Part shown: piece after piece, positions 60,214 through 64,000 of the stretch | Position numbering within the stretch: the first letter of the stretch is position 1 | How the letters are laid out: the number at the start of each line of letters is the position of its first letter | Assembly (NCBI GenBank): GCA_902535365.1 | Contig: CACATF010000001.1 | Span: 241 to 64,240, forward strand | DNA: 64,000 nt | Reading direction: 5' to 3' | Origin: an uncultured SAR86 cluster bacterium | Lineage (GTDB): Bacteria; Pseudomonadota; Gammaproteobacteria; Magnimaribacterales; TMED112 | Notes under the pieces: generated by a model | Told to the model about the DNA's origin: nothing | Seen by the model: only the letters and a program-made list of their open reading frames with translations | The model's database searches: none | Program-made: the position numbers and the translations under genes

Positions 60214-60757
60214 GATTCATTGCCATTGGGTTTTCTCTATTTTTCTCGAATAAAGTATAAGACAAATAGACATTATTTACATTGTCTGAAATGTCGGAAT
60301 CTACATAAAATCTTATTGGCCATTCTTGTGTCTCAAATGGTCCCAATGTTTGCTCTTCAAAACAAAAGCATTGAATTTTCTTTATGTTTTCAGCTGCCAA
60401 ACCAGGCGAAACTGAAGGGATTATTGTCAATGTTATGTTTTTATTAGTATTGTTTGTTGCAACATATGTTGTTGAGCTTACCTTGTCTGTTAAAACCTCT
60501 AGATTATCGCTTGAAGGGTAAAATTTTACTGGAGCAGATCCATTAACTGTGCTTAAAAAACGTATATTTACCTCTCTGGATTTAATTTGTTTTTCTGTTT
60601 TAAAAAAATCTGATGGGCCATATATTTTTCCATTTAAACCTGTAACTTCACAAAAAACGTTGTATAACGGCACAAGCATAAAAGAGAAAAGAAACATGAA
60701 GGCAACAGCGCCCAGCAGGCTTAAGAAAATTTTATTTTGTAGAGGTCCTTTAGCCAT
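60206..60757 (-). CDS. ctaG: cytochrome c oxidase assembly protein CtaG/Cox11
   Basis: TM anchor, VPLYNVFCEVTG, CFCFEEQ copper site. Confidence 0.92.
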   Translation of the reverse strand: MAKGPLQNKIFLSLLGAVAFMFLFSFMLVPLYNVFCEVTGLNGKIYGPSDFFKTEKQIKSREVNIRFLSTVNGSAPVKFYPSSDNLEVLTDKVSSTTYVATNNTNKNITLTIIPSVSPGLAAENIKKIQCFCFEEQTLGPFETQEWPIRFYVDSDISDNVNNVYLSYTLFEKNRENPMAMNHE

Positions 60758-62333
60758 TTACCTTCGGTGGTGTTTCAAATGTATGGTAAGGAGCTGGTGA
60801 ATCTACTGTCCACTCTAATCCTTCTGCTCCATCCCAAACTTGCGGTGTTGCTTTTTTACCAGCGAATACTGTCTTAACCACTATATATAAGAATAGTAGT
60901 TGGGACAGCCCAAATAAGAAAGCACCAACAGATGACACTGCATTCCACTCAGCGAATTGCAATGAGTAGTCAGCGTATCTACGAGGCATGCCTGCAAGCC
61001 CTACAAAGTGTTGAGGAAAGAATGTGACGTTTACCCCAACGAATGAAAGCCAGAAATGAAGTCTTCCCATCTTTTCGTCATACATATTACCTGTCCATTT
61101 TGGTAGCCAGTAATACACAGCTGCCATAATTGAAAAAATAGAGCCTGGCACAAGCACATAGTGAAAGTGAGCAACAACAAAATAAGTATCATGATATTGG
61201 AAATCAGCAGGTGTAATAGCAAGCATCAGGCCTGAAAATCCGCCAATTGTAAATAACACAACAAAGGCTACGGCAAATAGCATTGGTGTTTCATAAGTAA
61301 TTGACCCTTTAAACATAGTTGCACACCAGTTAAATACTTTTACTCCTGTTGGGATGGCAATAATCATTGTGGCCCACATGAAGAAAAGTTCAGCTGCCAA
61401 AGGCATACCTACTGTAAACATGTGGTGAGCCCAAACAACAAAAGATAATACGGCAATAGATACCATCGCATAGACCATTGAAGCATGTCCAAACAAAGGC
61501 TTTCTAGAGAATGTAGAAATTATGTGTGACGTAATTCCAAATGCTGGAAGAATCATAATATAAACTTCTGGGTGACCAAAGAACCAGAATATGTGCTGGA
61601 ACAATACTGGATCACCACCACCTGCAGCATCGAAAAACGAAGTGCCAAAATAAGCATCCATTAGTAACATTGTTACTGCTCCTGCTAACACCGGCATCAC
61701 AGCGATGAGCAAATAAGCTGTTATTAACCACGACCAGACAAATAAAGGCATCTTCATTAATGTCATGCCCGGAGCTCTCATGTTCATAATTGTTACGATT
61801 ACATTGATAGATCCCATGATTGAGGAGATTCCCATAATATGAACTGCGAAAACAAAGAATGCCACGTTAGGATAGTTTGTTGAAAGTGGAGCATAGAATG
61901 TCCATCCGAATCCTGGCAGACCGCCCTCCATAAAAGCGGTTGAAAGTAAAATAGTAAAGGCGACTGGTAGCAACCAAAAGCTTAGATTATTCATCCTTGG
62001 CATAGCCATATCAGGAGCCCCTATTTGCATAGGAATTAACCAGTTTGCTAGCCCTACAAATGCTGGCATAACTGCTCCAAAAACCATTATTAAACCATGC
62101 ATTGTCACAAGCTGGTTGTATCTAATTGGATCCATTAATTGAAGACCTGGTTCGAAAAGTTCTGCTCTGATACCCATTGCAAAAGCTCCGCCTAACAAGA
62201 ACATCGCGAAACTAAACCATAGGTATAAAGTACCAATATCTTTATGGTTTGTTGTTGTGAGCCATCTCATGAACCCTTTTGCAGGGCCGTGGTGATGGTC
62301 ATCATGGTTATGGTTTTCAACTACTGCACTCAT
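60750..62333 (-). CDS. ctaD: cytochrome c oxidase subunit I
   Basis: TTNHKDIGTLY, WFFGHPEVY, WAHHMF, VAHFHYV. Confidence 0.98.
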   Translation of the reverse strand: MSAVVENHNHDDHHHGPAKGFMRWLTTTNHKDIGTLYLWFSFAMFLLGGAFAMGIRAELFEPGLQLMDPIRYNQLVTMHGLIMVFGAVMPAFVGLANWLIPMQIGAPDMAMPRMNNLSFWLLPVAFTILLSTAFMEGGLPGFGWTFYAPLSTNYPNVAFFVFAVHIMGISSIMGSINVIVTIMNMRAPGMTLMKMPLFVWSWLITAYLLIAVMPVLAGAVTMLLMDAYFGTSFFDAAGGGDPVLFQHIFWFFGHPEVYIMILPAFGITSHIISTFSRKPLFGHASMVYAMVSIAVLSFVVWAHHMFTVGMPLAAELFFMWATMIIAIPTGVKVFNWCATMFKGSITYETPMLFAVAFVVLFTIGGFSGLMLAITPADFQYHDTYFVVAHFHYVLVPGSIFSIMAAVYYWLPKWTGNMYDEKMGRLHFWLSFVGVNVTFFPQHFVGLAGMPRRYADYSLQFAEWNAVSSVGAFLFGLSQLLFLYIVVKTVFAGKKATPQVWDGAEGLEWTVDSPAPYHTFETPPKVNG

Positions 62334-62341
62334 AATTTCTC

Positions 62342-63493
62342 CTATGTATCATTTTCCTTATATTCAACAATATCTTTTGGTAGGACAATCTCTCCATCTC
62401 CGCTTCTCTCATTTCCCCATGATAATTTAGTAAAAGTAATAACAGATGCCATTTCTACTTCATTAAGCTGTTCAGCAAAAGACTGCATTTGGCTTCCTCT
62501 TATGCCTTCCATAAGAATTTCTGTCTGCCTAGCTTTATCATTCATTACAATATCACTACCGGCTAGAGCAGGATAAAAACCAGCAATTCCAGATCCATCT
62601 GCTTGGTGACAGGCTGCGCATCTGGTTGCATATATTTCTTCACCAATGCTCATCAACTCATCAACTGTCCATTCTTTTTCTGTTAAATATGCTAGCTCTT
62701 CTGCTGCATCTCTTTTTGTTTGTAGCCATGCATCATATTCATCTCTTGTAACAGCTTTCACAACAATCGGCATATATGCATGTCTTTCGCCACATAGTTC
62801 TGTACAGTTCCCCCTATAAATTCCAGGTTCATTTACCCTTGTTTTAGCAACATTGATAAAGCCCGGAATTGCATCTTGTTTAACAGCAAAATCAGGCATA
62901 TACCATGAATGAATTACATCATTACTTGTGATTAGAAATCTAACAGATGTATCAACTGGTATGACAATTGGCTCATCTACTTCTAATAGATAGTTTTCTG
63001 ATTTTTCCACTCTATTAAATTCATATTGATCTGGTGGAGTTGTTAGGTTTGAAAAAAAGCTTAGCGGTTTGTTGCCAACTTGCTCATCTAGGTATTTATA
63101 CTGCCATTTCCACTGCCAACCTATTACTTGAATGTCTATTCCGCCTTCTTCGGCTTCATGGTCATATATTGTTTTTAAGGTCATTGATGCAGGAATAGCC
63201 ATTGCAACTAGAATCAACGTTGGTATTACTGTCCAAAGGATTTCTAATTTGTGGTTTTCTTTAAAATCGGCTGGCTTATCATTTTTAGACTTCTGATATC
63301 TCCACATAGACCAGAATAAAAACCCAAAAACTAAAACACCAATTGCTACAACAACAAAAAATATTGCCATGTGCAGTGTGAAAACTTCTTGGCTTATATC
63401 TGTTACACCAACAGGCATATTAACGTCTAGCCAATCTGCTGACGCAAATGATGATAAAAGATAGAGAATGAATAGCCCGAGCTTGTTCTTCAT
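62342..63493 (-). CDS. ctaC: cytochrome c oxidase subunit II with C-terminal cytochrome c domain
   Basis: CuA site DVIHSW...CTELCGERHAYMP, plus C-terminal CAACHQ heme c. Confidence 0.96.
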   Translation of the reverse strand: MKNKLGLFILYLLSSFASADWLDVNMPVGVTDISQEVFTLHMAIFFVVVAIGVLVFGFLFWSMWRYQKSKNDKPADFKENHKLEILWTVIPTLILVAMAIPASMTLKTIYDHEAEEGGIDIQVIGWQWKWQYKYLDEQVGNKPLSFFSNLTTPPDQYEFNRVEKSENYLLEVDEPIVIPVDTSVRFLITSNDVIHSWYMPDFAVKQDAIPGFINVAKTRVNEPGIYRGNCTELCGERHAYMPIVVKAVTRDEYDAWLQTKRDAAEELAYLTEKEWTVDELMSIGEEIYATRCAACHQADGSGIAGFYPALAGSDIVMNDKARQTEILMEGIRGSQMQSFAEQLNEVEMASVITFTKLSWGNERSGDGEIVLPKDIVEYKENDT

Positions 63494-63558
63494 GTAGGCA
63501 ATATACTACTATAAATAGCGCTAATGTCCATCAATAACCGTCATGAATAAGAGGTATT

Positions 63559-63723
63559 TTAATCGTTTAATATCTTAATCGATTGTATTAATTCTTCGTC
63601 TTTGGTTTTAGTGAATTTACAACTTACACACCTAACCTCAGAATCATCGTTTTTCAAAACTATTGAATCTATATCTCCGCATGCTGGACACACAGCACCC
63701 GCAATAAATTTATAACCTTTCAT
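63559..63723 (-). CDS. yheV: YheV-family zinc-ribbon protein (54 aa, not in ORF track)
   Basis: MKGYKFIAGAVCPACGDIDSIVLKNDDSEVRCVSCKF... parallels E. coli YheV (KRFIAGAKCPACQAQDSM...VECVKCGH, recalled from memory). Confidence 0.65.
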   Translation of the reverse strand: MKGYKFIAGAVCPACGDIDSIVLKNDDSEVRCVSCKFTKTKDEELIQSIKILND

Positions 63724-64000
63724 TCAATGTGTCCTTTACCATTTTTGTATTAGGTCTTTTGCCAAACCACAGAAAAAAGCTGGCTGCAGCCTGTTCAACA
63801 AGCATACCAATCCCGCTATACATATCGCTTTCGCTCACGAGTTCCAAGTCTCTAATTAGTTTGTTTGTTGGGTTTGAGTAGTTAATGTCATAGACGTGAC
63901 TATCCGCAGATAAGTTAACTTCTTTAAGGAAATTAAGGGAGCTTTCATCTAGTGAAGTGGCACATGAAATAATTAAATCTATTTTTGAACCATCATATGG
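63710..64000 (-). CDS. aroE: shikimate dehydrogenase, 3' portion (5' end beyond window)
   Basis: Reverse translation from the window edge gives ...DLIISCATS...YDINY...SGIGMLVEQAAASFFLWFGKRPN, matching the AroE C-terminus. The stop at 63710-63712 overlaps the yheV start. Confidence 0.85.
   Translation of the reverse strand, partial: PYDGSKIDLIISCATSLDESSLNFLKEVNLSADSHVYDINYSNPTNKLIRDLELVSESDMYSGIGMLVEQAAASFFLWFGKRPNTKMVKDTLNERL

Overview
This is an AT-rich window (roughly one-third G+C by eye) and it is extremely gene-dense. It holds about 75 protein genes, one tRNA and a 6S RNA. Most neighbouring genes overlap by 1-47 nt or sit less than 50 bp apart. The content is core housekeeping, in gene orders typical of Gammaproteobacteria. 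From this I infer a streamlined, probably marine, gammaproteobacterium; this is inference only. Main blocks, left to right: katG (5' end cut by the window edge); gshB-ruvX-dnaG-rpoD followed by a CAU tRNA; fis-purH-purD-coq7; SDR-amgK-murU-rpe, divergent from lptD-surA-pdxA-rsmA-apaH-cca-(pteridine reductase-like)-zapA-6S RNA-5-FCL-rpiA; miaB-phoH-ybeY-corC-lnt-ldt; phoD; orn; ubiE-ubiB-tatABC; tkt-pgk-fba-LOG-acs; dapF-xerC-yigB; cytochrome c5, dsbA, engB, polA, dsbB, pckA, gshA; a complete aa3 cytochrome c oxidase biogenesis cluster (coxB-coxA-cox11-coxC-DUF2909-SURF1-hyp-COX15-cyoE-SCO1); yheV; and the 3' end of aroE. The ORF track marks TTG/GTG starts as M, so several starts were moved to a nearby ATG where homolog N-termini support it. 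I found no mobile elements, CRISPR, prophage, toxin-antitoxin or defence-like genes. I also could not find a convincing novel multi-gene system, so this looks like an ordinary core region. The items worth a second look are small. (1) A promoter-to-terminator sRNA-like unit with an anti-SD-like loop lies in the only sizeable non-coding gap. (2) The 3' strand of the 6S RNA closing helix contains the start codons of the downstream 5-FCL gene. (3) Three small ORFs are missing from the track: tatA, an ArfA-like 38-codon ORF overlapping tatC, and a UbiK-like 58-codon ORF. (4) Two orphan secreted proteins are present, one of which is an internal tandem duplication. (5) Several signs of genome streamlining are visible: shortened Cca and Lnt, operons missing their usual members, and convergent genes overlapping without terminators.
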